From: Adineta vaga
Taxonomy: Eukaryota; Animalia; Rotifera
Assembly (NCBI GenBank): GCA_021613535.1
Contig: CP075494.1
Span: 5,456,001 to 5,520,000 of the forward strand
Reading direction: 5' to 3'
DNA: 64,000 nucleotides
Made by a program: the position numbers and the translations under genes. Positions 1-13,134 of this stretch are shown here, piece after piece; the stretch's first letter is position 1, and each line of letters opens with the position of its first letter. The notes under the pieces were generated by a model that saw nothing but the letters and a program-made list of their open reading frames with translations, was not told where the DNA came from and made no database searches.

Positions 1-643
1 TTGTTTCATCATTTAGTCTTATAAATATGAGAAAGAATATAGATACTAAATCGTATACCTAATGATGCATTGATTATCTGCAGTACAATTAGCCATAGAT
101 ATGAATTAAAAATAACGTTCATTTTATTACTTATCTGATGTATACAACCTTACTAGGAAGTTATGGAGTAAAAAAGAATTGACTGATCGATATTACGATG
201 AAACTCTTCTTTTAAACGTATATATTGACACTTTCGGTAATTGGAAATGAATCGATTCTTTAATGCGCACGGCAGTGAAGTAAACATAAGTTTTTATTCA
301 AATGCATCAATTTAGAAAAATACATTTGTTTGTTTTTTATCGCGTAGATTTTTCAATTTCTAAAAATACTCTCAAACATTCACACGTTCATTTCTAAGAA
401 ATTCATTTATCTTCAATGAATTCTCAATATGAATTTAAGAACTACAAAAATAAAAAAGATATTTTTACTAAAAATTGTTAACCCTTTTTTTTCTATTCAG
501 CAATATGATGTAACAAAGCTTCAAGATTAAAACTTATGTTCTTTGATTATCATCGCGATGGACAATAAACATAATTTAGTGATTGTAAAGGGATCTCATT
601 GATTAATAGAGTTTCAAATGTGGGAAAGAAATATTTAGTTGTA

Positions 644-2563
644 TCAAACGACTTTCTTTATCTCTGTTTATTGGAAAACATTTTAATTTCATATATTTGA
701 ACGATTCATAAAGTATTGAGAGAACAATAAAACTACCAACGGTTGTAATTAACCCAAGCATTCTTTCAATTGCTACAACTGTTGATGATGGATCTGATGA
801 ACGACAAAATTTGCTTGCTTGAAACCATTTGATTTTTTAACGTATCGAGTACACCAAATTCTCGTAATGCTAATATATTTACATCTAAAATTTGTTCATA
901 CAAACAATTTTTCGAAAAAATAATTCAAAACGACGTTTGATCAACAGCTGTACCTACTAGAGTCAAGTTGCAATACACACTACTTGTGGCAAATTTTAGA
1001 ATTCCTGAGTCCATAATTGAAGCATCAATATTATTATTTAATAATTATGCATACATATCTTCTATGGATAAATCTCGAGTAATAACACATAATGAATTTT
1101 CGAATATTGCATTGGTAAAAGCTACTTTTCTCTTCGTGCAGCAACTAACATATCATAAACATTATTAACTAAAGCATCAATAAGCCCATTGTAAGTTGTA
1201 TTTTCTGATAATATAATAATAGTCAGAATAAAACCCATTCTCTTTTGCAAATAATCAATGATGTTTGGCATGTAGACAATCGCTTTCTTTGTTATTTGGC
1301 TATTTTTGTTTCTGATTTCAGTTGTCATTATAAATGGAGCTGTTTTAACAACGGCTATTCGTAATGGTACACCTGTAATTCGTGCATATCCTGTTCGTAC
1401 GACTAATGCTTGAACAGACCAAACAATTGTATTCGTTTCCATAGGTGGTATCCATTCTCGCAAATTAGATCATGTTAAAACTGGATTATACTTTAAACCA
1501 TTTGAAAATTGCTGCATATTTCGTGCAACATAATAAAGTCCATCAGTTCGATCTATAACATCGAAAAAAACTTTCGAATTAAGAAATTGCCGAGTGAAAC
1601 AATCGGATGTATTCATTTCGTGCCCAAGTTGCTTCAAAAGCAAATAATGTTCTATTAAAAGGTGCATTCACAATACTTCCGATGACTAATTAGTTCGACA
1701 GTGAGCATTTCAGTCAATTTTTTCATGATAATGGTGTTCGAACGAATCAAACAAAATCTTGGAACTTGAAATCCGTACCAATTGAGGACCAAGAACGTTC
1801 GCATTGAGAGCATCACATATATGATGATAATTCGTGTTGGACTATTTGTTAGAAGACGTTTAAAATCACTACAAATTCGATGTGTTACAATATCATAGAC
1901 AATCATATTGGAAACTTGTAAATTATATAAATTAAACGCTTTGCTGATTGCTTTTGTTCCGCTAGTTCTAAAAGCATCGTTTTGATAGATTATTATAGCT
2001 ATTATTCAAAAGAATTTCGAAAACATTTTCGCAATTGCCGATGCAGCAGAATTATTTGAAGGTGTTATACGGTAAAAAGAAGGATAAATATTTTGATCTG
2101 ATAATTCTGGATCAGTCGATACATCAGATATTGCAGGTATACCAAGTTTTGAAGTAAATGGTATGATAACATGAGATTCTATTGGAAACGATGGTCCGAC
2201 AATGCTCACCGTGTTTGAAGTTGATAAAAGAAGACATGTATTACCAAGAATATCCATCGCGAGCTCTTCACTAACTACTAGATTCCATCCAATAAATTGT
2301 CCTTCTATTGTTATATTATATTTTTGAGAAAGTAATATTACCGCTTGGAGAATTGCTTGAGACTGGAGATAGGCTGAAGCACTTTCACTTGTTTTAGAAT
2401 TACTAGGAAATATACCTAACAATTTTACATCCGATGACTCTATGGTAGGCTAAGTTGAACTCACATTAACAATATTGAATCGTCCAATTAAAAGGTATAT
2501 AGATATCCATCCAAAATACCATATGTATAGCATGATTATCAAATTTAATCTGAAAAACACCAT
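644..2563 (-). pseudogene. Ionotropic glutamate receptor-like (ANF/LIVBP N-terminal domain + S1/S2 + M4) pseudogene
   Basis: Fragments in several frames: signal-like N-terminus, ATD (IVGPSFP..LGIPAIS..STDPELSD..YPSFYRITPS), S1 (PLRIAVVKTAPF..YNGLIDALVNNVYDMLVA..RREK/VAFTNAIFENSL), S2 (IDASIMDSG..YCNLTLVG..LDVNILALREFGVLDTLK/KWF) and hydrophobic M4. In-frame stops at ~2450 (TAG), 1470 (TGA) and 1045 (TAA), plus frameshifts. Confidence 0.8.
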
Positions 2564-4142
2564 CAGGGGATTACAGCTATTAATCATATTGGAAAAAACC
2601 CACTTCCTTTTTTTATCTGTGCGATCGTCGTCATTTTCTTTTCGAGTGGTTAAACAAAACGAATAAAATCATATTAATGATTGTTGATTAATGATTCAGT
2701 GTCTCCAGTTTCATTTTATTCGACATGTATTCAAAAGAAAATAATCAAGAGTATCTATCTCAAGGTGAACTAGTGAGTGATTCATCCCACTGTGATTTTT
2801 CCTTTTTTTGGTCCATTTTGACTTTTTCCAACAGTTATCCTCGAGTTCTCATAATCATCTTTCAATATGTTGACACTTTTTCTTTATCAATACAGCATGA
2901 AACCTATTTAGTACTTTCATTTAAAGAATGCATATTTTCTGGTTCACAGAAATAAGCCTTTCACTCGATATTTGCACATCTTGTTCTTATTCTTGGTTGA
3001 AAACAAATAGTCACTGTGGAATTATTGACCGCTTGATAGAACTGTGTCTTCGAAATACAATCATATAGTATTTCATTGAATCATGACCTATTGATCGATA
3101 GGATTTACATACTTTCGAAATTGTGATCTTCAGGAAAAAGAATTCTATGTAGGACAAGAACAAAATAAACGTTTTATAAAGAAATATAAAATACAAAAAT
3201 CTTTCATTCAAGTTTTTGATTGTTCTTCGTTATCAACTAATTCTTCTTTCGTTTCATATGATTTCAAGTAAATAGGTCTTGACATCTCTTCAACTTCATA
3301 TTCGCTTTTATATCGAATACGATTATGACTAGGTGGAATAGAATACGTTGGTAAATTAACCTAGAATAGAACTTAAAATAAGAATCAACTGAATAACAAA
3401 GATTCTACCGGTCGAGGATAAGGATTATTATAATGACAAGCTAATTCGATACGTGCTTCACCTTCTCGAATATGTTCTTCAATTTGATTCGTATTCTCGA
3501 TCTAAAAATTGAATACAGATCGAAAAAATGATATAATTTGATTAAGAATAACTTAAAAAACATACGTGTTGATTTTTTCGAAATAAATCTCGTGTTTCAT
3601 TACGAATATATAATTGTTCGTCCAGTGTGTTTGATGGATTAGTCGCTTGCCATGAAGAAGATAGTTTAATCAGACGTTTGTATAACTGAAGAACTCGTGC
3701 ACGTGTTACACTATAGGTCATTAATCTTCAAGAAGAGGTACATCTTCAAAATATGAACCATCGAGTGAAAACAAAATTGAATGAAAAAAATCTATTCATC
3801 CATACTATACCTTCTTAGCGTGTACAATGACTAAAAAAGCACAATCAACAGTTGGCGTTAATTGTTTATACCAATTTCAATACGATTTTCTACTTTTTGA
3901 ACTGGTAACACAGCGCCACCTACTTGAATTGAAGTATAGACAAAGAAGAAAATAGTTTAGATATTTTTGAAAGTATTCGATCGGTTGAAAAAAGAAAATT
4001 ATCAATAAAGATTTTCTAATAAATATGATTAGTTCAAATCAAGTAGCAAATAAACGAACAAAGTTTTTTTTTTCAAAAGTCAAGCAAAAACAACAGCAGT
4101 TGTTCAAACCATCGTATTTCATTCGTTAATTACTCATTTTGA

Positions 4143-5176
4143 ATGGCTTCTCGTCAACTTGTAACGGTTGTTGGAGCTACAGGTGCTCAAGGAGGTTCCG
4201 TCGTACGGTCATTAATTGAAACAGGCAAATACAAAGTATAGAAAAACTTCTCTTAAACAAACATTTTCAAAAATTTTCTATTGACAAATAGATTCGTGGT
4301 TTAACTCGTGATGCTAATAGTAAAAAAGCTCAAGCATTAAAGCAATTAAACAATAATATTGAAATGGTTGCATGTGATATATCGAAAAGTAGTGATGTAA
4401 AACGTGCATTCAAAGATTCTTGGGCCATCTATGCTTTGACAGATTTTTGGGCACAACCCGACAAACCTCAAGCTGAAATTGAACAAGGTACTATTATGGC
4501 TGATGCTGCTGCTTCATTGAAAATTCCATATTATATATTTAGTACATTAGAAGATGTAAATAAAATCAGTGGTGGAAAATTGTAAATATTTCTGTTTAAT
4601 AAAATATGATTATCGACTTTCTCTTCTAGAGACGTACCACATTTTTCTCAAAAAGCGAAAATACGTGATTATATCAGAGAAAAACATCCAAATTTAAAGG
4701 CAATTTTCGTTGAACCAGCAATGTATATGCAAAATTGGCAAAGTTTTGGTAAACTACCAAGATTAGAGGATGGAACAGTTATATTTCCAGGTCCAATGAA
4801 TAAATCAACGAAATTAAATTTAGTTGATATTGAAGATACAGGTTCAGTTATTCGTGAAATTTTAAAAAATCCCGAAAAATATGTTGGTCAAGATATTTGC
4901 ATTTGTGGCGAAGAGATAAAATTTGAAGATGTTGCAAAAACGTTTACAAAAGTAACGGGTATTCCATCTGTAGTGAAGAGTTTAACTGAAGAAGAATTTC
5001 GTCAAGCACAAAGTTTTCTCCCAAAACATATTCAAGATGATATATTTAATATGCATAAATGGTTTGAACAATATGGTTATTATGGAAAAACTAAAGATTG
5101 GACAACAGGAAAGAAATTAGCGAAATTAAATACATTCGAACAATGGATGAAGAAATCCGGATGGAAAGGTGAATAA
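4143..5176 (+). CDS. NmrA/HSCARG-like NAD(P)-binding protein (3 exons; introns ~4236-4290 and ~4582-4629)
   Basis: MASRQLVTVVGATGAQGGSVV Rossmann motif, IRGLTRD, VPHFSQKA, LVDIEDTG. GT-AG introns join the ORF fragments at 4364 and 4721. Confidence 0.9.
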
Positions 5177-5549
5177 AAAAATAAAAGACGATTTTTATTT
5201 ATATGTAGTTTTTATTTCAAATAAACGAAAAATAACAGTTCTTCTTTGGAATACGGATTATTTTTATCTGTAATCATTCTCTAAAAGATAATATAAATGA
5301 GAGAGTTACCAAGAGAAGTTCTTTATTTTCAGGTACTAACTCCTCTGTGTATACGGAAGACTATGCAATTGAAAAATAGTTTTCAGTACGTCATAATTGT
5401 AAGTCTTCATCATGTCTAAGCTTTATGATTAACTTTTTTCATCAGAACATCAGACATTATATTTATGACTTTCATTGTGTAAAAAAGTATCTTCTTAATA
5501 TAAATATTTTCAATAGGTCCTTCTTCTCTTTCACATCTCTAGTGAATAG

Positions 5550-6642
5550 ATGATGAATAGTTCATCAGATGATATTAACGATACGTTGAAAGCTGTACCA
5601 TATCAATTAAATATCTGGTTTGGAATATTTCTTTGGATAGCAGGTAATCTTGGTTGTTTGGGCAATGTCATTGTCTTTCGTTCTCGAACATTTCGTAAAC
5701 GAGCTTATTCAATTTATTTATTCTCAGCTGCTATTGCAGATTTTCATTATTTTAATTTTGTTTTAATAACACGTGTATTACAAAAAGGGTTTGGAATATC
5801 TTTGATGAATCAATATATTCTTATCTGTAAACTTCGACAATTCAGCACAATATGGGGCAATGTTAGTTCATTTAGTTTATTTTCTTTTGCTATTATTGAT
5901 CGACTTCTATCTACGCATCGATCCAATGGTAAGTACAATATGAAATAATTTCTTTACAAAAAGAATATTTCACGTTTTTCCCTCTGTTGAAGCTTATCGA
6001 AAATGGAGTAATCAAATTGGTTTGGCTTATAGAATGATTTTTATAATTCCATTTGTTTGGTTTGTATTGCTTGTTCATCGAATTATTTTATATCGGACAA
6101 AAAATGGAATCTGTGGTCCACTCGAAGGTTTTTATCAACACTATGATAATTATTTTCAAGTTCTCTTTTCTTCACTTGCACCTGCAATAACTATGTCGAT
6201 ACTTGGATTCTTCTTATGGAAAAATATCCGCATTTTACGGCATAGAATCACACCTATAACTGATTTACCACCGCCAACGACCCATCGAACTTATTCAAGA
6301 ATCAGTAAAATCGATAAACAATTAACAACTATGTTAGCAACAGAATCACTGATTGCTATTGTAACATATGTACCATATGCAATAGAATTAACTTATTCAA
6401 ATATCAGTGAACAATGGAATAAAACAGCATTGCAAAAAGCTTGGGAAAAAGTTTTTATTGAATTAATTCATCTGTTTTCATATATATTCTTTGCAACAAG
6501 TTTCTATGTTTCATTTATGACAAATAATGGATTTCGTCGAAAAGTTCAAGGATTCTTTCGAAAACAAAGACGCATTCAACATCATCATCATCATCAATCG
6601 ATTAGTGTACTTCGAATTCAAACTTTCTTTCCAACTAATTAG
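5550..6642 (+). CDS. Orphan rhodopsin-like 7TM GPCR (intron 5929-5992)
   Basis: GNLGCLGN in TM1, ICKLR Cys, IDR (DRY-like). Splicing joins ORFs 5550 and 6022 in frame (..SNA/YRKWSN..). Confidence 0.85.
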
Positions 6643-6745
6643 AAGTACGATTAATGACAAAAGAAACACACATGTTTTGATTCTCATGTAGATATGAATA
6701 TAAATATTGAGGACATTCTTTTTTTGTGGAGTATAATAATAAAAA

Positions 6746-8323
6746 ATGCGTTATTTTATTTTCGTCAGTTTTTTAGCTTTGATAACATCGAATAAAGCCT
6801 CTGATTTGCAAAAATACTTCGATTTGATTGATCAAAATCAGGATGGAAAAGTATTTAGTGATGAACTTTTCGTCTTTTTCAATATGTTTTATGAAGAAAA
6901 ACAAGATCAATTGACGTTTTCACCATTGAAAGCCAAACAAATTGAAAATGATATAATAAAAAGATACAATCGAAATTCAACAATGAACTATCTCACTCTT
7001 TCCGATCTCGAACGTCGTTTTTTCGATTTATATGGTCTACAGAATCAATTTCCTACCTTTCTATTCAATGGTTACGAACCTGAACAAGTTCATTTATCCT
7101 ATACTCACAATCTTTCCAATGAAATGTACATTTCTTTCGTAACTCGCGAACGTCCTTCATCAAATCTTCGACCGATTGTTAAATATTGTGATAAACAATG
7201 TATTGCTATTGGTGAAACAACGACATACAATGTTGATAATTGGCATTATTGGATTCATTATGTTTATATAAAAAATCTTGAAGCTGGTATGAAATACAAT
7301 TATAAACTTGGTTTTGTTGAATCGGATAATATTACTATTCGACATCTTTATTCCAATGAACTTTGGACCTTTCAAACAATGTCACAATTTGAAAAGCAAC
7401 AAACAGAAATTGTTTATATCTATGGTGATATGGGAACAATAATGCCATTAGGTTTTGATGTAATGAAATCGATTATTGAAGATTTTCATACGAAAAAAAG
7501 TGAACGAGCAAATTATGTTGTTCATGTGGGTGATATTGCATACGCTGGAACAGGTTCCGAAACGGAAATTCAAACAATATGGGATTTATTCATGAATCAA
7601 ATAAGCCCAATTGCAAGTCAAATTCCATATATGACAGCAACGGGTAATCATGAAAAGTATTATAATTATACAAGTTATAGAACAAGATTTTTTATGCCAT
7701 CAAAAACGAATCCATCAGCATTAGAAATGGATGGAAATTTTTATTTTAGTTTAGAAACAAATTTTGTTCAATGGATATTCCTTTCAACTGAACATCAATA
7801 TACACCAGGATCATTACAAAGAAGATTCTTTGAAAATTTTCTCGAACAATTTCAAGCTAAATGGCAAGGAAAAGAACGACCATGGTTGATTGTTGTTGGA
7901 CATCGACCTATGTATTCGTCCGATCAAGCAACAGATTCAGGTCGATTACAAGATGAATTAGAATCTGTATTGATTAAGTATAGCGTAGATTTAGCTGTTT
8001 GGGGACATATGCATTGTTACGAACGAACAACACCTGTTGAATATAATCGATTTACTGATAAGGAACATTTTTCACCCGATGGAAAACTCTATCAACATAA
8101 TGCAACACAAACAAGTCCAATTCATTTAACAATTGGAACAGCAGGTGCTTATATACATGAAAATTGGATATCAAAACCTGAATGGTCACAAATACGATAT
8201 CAAAAATATGGATTTGGAAAACTTTATATCTATAATCGAACACATTTAGAATTTCAATCGATTTTAATCGATAAAAAATCTTCCGATGACGAAGATCGTT
8301 TTATGATTATTCGACAATTTTAA
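6746..8323 (+). CDS. Secreted purple acid phosphatase with N-terminal EF-hand
   Basis: Signal peptide; EF loop DQNQDGKVFSDE; PEQVHLS FN3-like N-domain; all five PAP motifs GDMG, GDIAY, GNHE, VVGH, GHMH. Intronless. Confidence 0.9.
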   Translation: MRYFIFVSFLALITSNKASDLQKYFDLIDQNQDGKVFSDELFVFFNMFYEEKQDQLTFSPLKAKQIENDIIKRYNRNSTMNYLTLSDLERRFFDLYGLQNQFPTFLFNGYEPEQVHLSYTHNLSNEMYISFVTRERPSSNLRPIVKYCDKQCIAIGETTTYNVDNWHYWIHYVYIKNLEAGMKYNYKLGFVESDNITIRHLYSNELWTFQTMSQFEKQQTEIVYIYGDMGTIMPLGFDVMKSIIEDFHTKKSERANYVVHVGDIAYAGTGSETEIQTIWDLFMNQISPIASQIPYMTATGNHEKYYNYTSYRTRFFMPSKTNPSALEMDGNFYFSLETNFVQWIFLSTEHQYTPGSLQRRFFENFLEQFQAKWQGKERPWLIVVGHRPMYSSDQATDSGRLQDELESVLIKYSVDLAVWGHMHCYERTTPVEYNRFTDKEHFSPDGKLYQHNATQTSPIHLTIGTAGAYIHENWISKPEWSQIRYQKYGFGKLYIYNRTHLEFQSILIDKKSSDDEDRFMIIRQF

Positions 8324-9265
8324 ATTCAATAAAGATTCCCTCTCCATACGACTCGTATTTCAACAAAGAAAGTAATTCTATATAGTTGAAAAATCTATGT
8401 ATATAAAGAAGAAAGTTCGCTTTGCATTCAGTCCCTGTAGTAGCTAATGTCACCAAACTTTCCACAATGCTTCCCTAGGTCCAGAGGAAAGTCGACGTGG
8501 GGGAGAATGGCTGGGTGAAGTTCACCCAAGTCATACTATAGGGCATATTTTCGTTTCTATGATAACTAGCGTCACAAAACATTTCACAGGACTCCCCTTT
8601 GCTTTTGAAAAAGTCGCGCTGGATTCTTATCTCCAAGGGTGATGCAGGAAGGCAATTGTGTGAATAGTGATCCGGGTGTGGGTGTCTGTATCCACGGTGA
8701 ACAACTGCAAGACCTGTATTGGGTTCTTAAAAAGAACTGAATGTGGAGCAAAATGACTACTCCAACGGGAGGTCGTAAAATTAAAAGTGGAGTTTATGAA
8801 CTAGAGAATGGATTGATTGCAACAGACGCCTAATAATATGCACATCTGTCGCGGAGTGGGAGTTGCTGCGGGTACGCCTGCTAGTTCTATTACAAAAGCG
8901 ACAAAATCAAAGTATCCAGTGTATTCGCTTTTTTTATTGGATATGACGCATTTTATGTTTATTGATGAATACAACATTTACAATTACTTTAGAATAAGTT
9001 TAGATAAAAACGAACGAAACAAAAATAATTCATAGGGAATTATTGCCAATGCGTGACACTTTCTAATGCTTACAAATGTATTAAGTAAATATTCACATTC
9101 GTTGAAATTATGCAGTTTTAAGTTGTCTCGCTTCTTTCTTTCGAAATTTCTCAGAAGAACAGTGTAAAACAAACAATTTTTGAGTAAGTTAGTTTTTACC
9201 AAGATGTTTCTTCCGACAAATATCGTTTAACAAAACAGCACGTCATTTTGTTTTTCATTGTATAA

Positions 9266-10617
9266 ATGGCAGCAAGCGAATGCGAAAACTTACGCATCGG
9301 GCGCGAATATCTACAAAGTATCTCTTGGCCTTCCGATCTGCGTCAACAAGCACATGATCGATGTTATTGCAAGCGATGTTACCCATCTACACTTCCAGAT
9401 ACGCTTACAGTAGCTGGCTATAAATATGTTATTCCACGTGGATGGACTCGTTTTGCCGTGTCTGTCGACGAAGCATTCGCTAAACATCACAATGTATGGC
9501 ACACATGGCTTAATTGTTACCACGGAACGAGTATAGAAAATGCTAAATCTGCTGTTGTACATCGATAATTGCTTCTACCTTCAGATGTGACTTTGACAGG
9601 AAAAAAACTAGAAATACGTGAAGGACACATTCCAGGAGAGCACTATGTTTTTACCACTCCTTCAATTACTTACGCAGCCCTTGAATATTATGCTCATACA
9701 TATAAATTTGAATCCTCTCATAGTTCACGAAAGTATACGATTAAAGTAGTATTACAATGTAAACAAAAGGCAGACTCTTTTATTGTTCAGCCAGAGACAG
9801 TTGATGCTCGAGCAAAACAAATACAAATATGTCCTCACATTCGAAACGAAGAGTTAGAATGGAAAACACAAAATAGATCTGCTGTCATGATCTATGGAGT
9901 AATGCTCGAAATAAAACCATGCAATGAGAATGATAGACTTACTGAAGTAATATCAATCCTAGACCAGCCACCACTATTAAAGCGAACATGTGATGTAGCA
10001 CAATGTTCACTAGATACATCGACATATTCGGATGAAAGTTATCTCACTAAAAGGAAGGTAGCAATACTCATCATACTTATCTTATTCACTTTCCTACCAG
10101 TAGCTGCACTTGTTCTCAGTCAAATATACAAAACGGATTGTCCTATTCAACCACAGATTCCTTTTTGGTTATTTATCTTTGGAGTTGTGGGTGCCGGTAC
10201 TTTCCTTTTACTTTTCTTTATAGTAAAATCTATAATCGTTTATTCAACCAGAAAACATCCTTTTCTTTAGACTTTGATCACGTACAAATGTTGCTCTGAA
10301 AAATCAAAAATTGGACGAGGCATCGGTGTATTTCTTCTATGTTTATTAATATTATTCTTTCTTGCATGGCTAATAATGGTAAGACATATAAGATTTTCTA
10401 GTAATATTAATGCTATCTCGTTTCTTTTCTGATAGGGGAGTGTATGGGTATTTCCTCTGAAAGCGAAAGTTCAATTTGATTCGTCCAATACCGAAAACTA
10501 TTGTCGAGATATTCTATACATGTTCATTTTTGGACTACTACTTGCGCAGTATGCGTGCATTGCTCTCGTTGTTTGTACCGGAGTTGTTGCTGCTGTGTGC
10601 TTTAAATATCGTGATTA
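9266..10617 (+). CDS. NEURL4-type ADP-ribosyltransferase-like domain fused to TMEM272-like membrane domain; interrupted by in-frame TAA at 9566-9568 (possible pseudogene)
   Basis: CYCKRC..YVIPRGWTRF..W..CYHGTS, FTTPSITYA, VVLQC, ELEWKT resemble the NEURL4 C-terminal ART. CPIQPQIPFWLFIFG plus further TM helices across introns ~10223-10270 and ~10379-10435. ORFs 9266 and 9569 are in the same frame on either side of one TAA. Confidence 0.75.
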
Positions 10618-11694
10618 ATCTTATAAATATCGTAAGAAAGAATAATTCATATGTATACTTGAAACTTGAATTCAAGTACTCAACTATTCACGAAGGTGAA
10701 GGGAGGGTGTCGCGAAAGATGTTGCTTTACCTACAAGCATAAAGATTTTTGACTTTGAGAATAGTTCAATTAGATCTTTCATTTGAAGAAAAAACACGAG
10801 GAAAAACGTTCCCACCATCCTAATGCGAAAGTAGAAGTCCTCACTCAAGGACTCTCTTTTAATTATATATTCAACAATCTTAGTAGATCTCACATGCATC
10901 CGAAATTGTATGTGCATATAAAGGATTATGTTCCAAAAAAAACTTCTCAATCCAATCGCGTGGATAATTCTATCTTTACTATATCTGTTGCTTGGAAATC
11001 ATATTTTACCCAGTTAAGATATGTATTTACAAACGTTTATTCTAGAATTCACAAGATTCGAACGAATCAAGCAAAGATAAAAAAAATTTTAAAAAATCGG
11101 ATTCCATGGATCCTGTGGATTTTTTTGGATTTGCTTTTGAATTATATGGAAATCTGAGACACGTCTTTTCCCTTGTAACACTTTTAATGAAAATAGCTTT
11201 AAATAAAAAACATTTCATAGGGTTCATTGAACAAAAAATATGAAGCAAAAATGAACAGATATTGACCAGGAAACCACATTTTTTAAAAAGATTTCACCGA
11301 TTTTTGGAAAGTTTTCAAACAAATTTATTCGTACGACAGAATGTGCAGCTCATTGAAAAGCATATAAATCAATGGAGAAATCAAGACTATATATTCAGCT
11401 TATGTTATATATTGAGATAAAAGATGTGAACATTCAAACTATTGCAAAAGCAGAAGAACATCAGTCCATCTTATTTTAGGTAATAAAAGTGTAACAATTA
11501 TAGTTAAACATTTTGTTTAATTTGATTAAAATCAGAATTGAAAGAAGTTTCTTAAGAATAAATGAAGACGTTTTGTGTTTAAACTAATAATGCTGATTAT
11601 TATGAGTGATATCATTGCAATTTATTGGTTAAAATTAAAGCGTAAAAAATGAAGAAAGATCTAAACAAGCATTTGAAAGAAAAGGTTAATTAAC

Positions 11695-11949
11695 TCACTC
11701 AATGAACCTATATTTTTGTTTTTCCATTAGAAAAAGTAGGGAATACGAAGGAAGATTCATGCCAAGTGTACTTGTTGTCATATCAATATTACAATCATTA
11801 GTTGTACAAAGACATACTACTTCTGCAATTTGATTGTTGGATTTATTAATTGCTACCGTTAAAATACTTGTATTAGTTTCATATTGGTGAACAATATATT
11901 CGTCATCGTCAGGATAATATGCACTCATTTCGATTGTAAATTTTACCAA
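11695..11949 (-). other. Possible remnant exon of a small Cys-rich (three-finger/Ly6-like) protein
   Basis: VVCLCTTNDCN motif followed by a Thr/Ser tail. No convincing start exon found. Confidence 0.3.
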
Positions 11950-13134
11950 ATACTCATAGGCACCTTCAATGAAAGCTAGTATTTGATAAAGTTTGATGGT
12001 TTACATTCAAAATCGTGCTGACATTAAACAATTAGAGAACTTCGTAAAAGTATCTATTTTGTTGCTTTATTGAATGAATAACGTGTATAACGCAACGTCG
12101 GTTTTATTCTTGTGATGAAAGATGATAAGAATGATATTAATAACAGAAAAGAATGTTCATACAGGTAGAATCGTATGATGCCTTGAAAGAAAATTTTTAC
12201 GCCACATGAAGTTCTTTGTCATTAATTATTTTTAGTTGTATGAAAGATTAACGCCAAGTCCAAACGACCTTTTTTTATACTAAAAATAACATTCCTTTCT
12301 AAATGGTATCTATCCATTCGCATGTAGATAGTGACAGTCTAGGACCAAATAGATCGACTTTCGAAGAATGTTCGAATGTAACTGTTTCAAACTTTCATAT
12401 TTAATTGATCTTGTTTATTCTCTGATTAAAAAAAACGTCTTGGAAAATGTAAATAACCTCCTTTGTTTAATTCCTGATAACAAGAGAAGTTCTTAAAATA
12501 ATGTACTTTTATTAAATTTGTAATAATATACTTCTTTCATGATATTATTTTTAGTATGATTAACAATATAAAGAACTCAGTGAAAAAAAGATAGCACTCT
12601 TAAATTTAATTTTTAATCTATAATGTCTCTTGTTGACAATACATGAGAAAAGGTAGAAATGAACAAATGATAGCATCAATTAAAATTAAAGAACTTGTCG
12701 AAGTCCTTTCAGGTAAATAGATAGTATCCAAAAGAAGCGTCTCCTATCTCATAAGATGAACATTAATCCCACGACTGTCTTTTACGCGTTAGTATAAGTC
12801 TGTTCAAACCTTTGATTTATCACAGAATTATATCTAATTAGAAACAATTTTTCTTCAATAATACTAATGCTATAATTTCTATCGAGCGTATCTTTTCTTT
12901 TCTCTGATCTTCTTTTATAATTGTCACCTTTCATTTTATCAGTTTTACGATATGTCTAATCTAATTAATAGAGATTTCAAATTATCAATTGAACTGAAAA
13001 TTTTTTGAAGTTTTCTCGTATATTTATTACAATAACAAGCTCAAAGCTTCTATGACATTCTTTAATTCAACTGTATATCATCTTTTTTAAAGACAGATCT
13101 GCATCAAACAAACACAGAAAACTATAAAAAAAAA

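Noticed and set aside
2720-3210. Possible decayed coding sequence on the minus strand
   Set aside because: Multiple stops in every frame and no recognisable motif.
9566-9568. Alternative genetic code (TAA=Gln) or ciliate contamination
   Set aside because: Many intact genes in the window end in TAA and long ORFs use CAA for Gln, so the standard code applies.
10620-11340. ORFs 10684, 10783, 11042 and a possible MITE/Helitron remnant
   Set aside because: No domain motifs, terminal inverted repeats or target-site duplication that I could establish.
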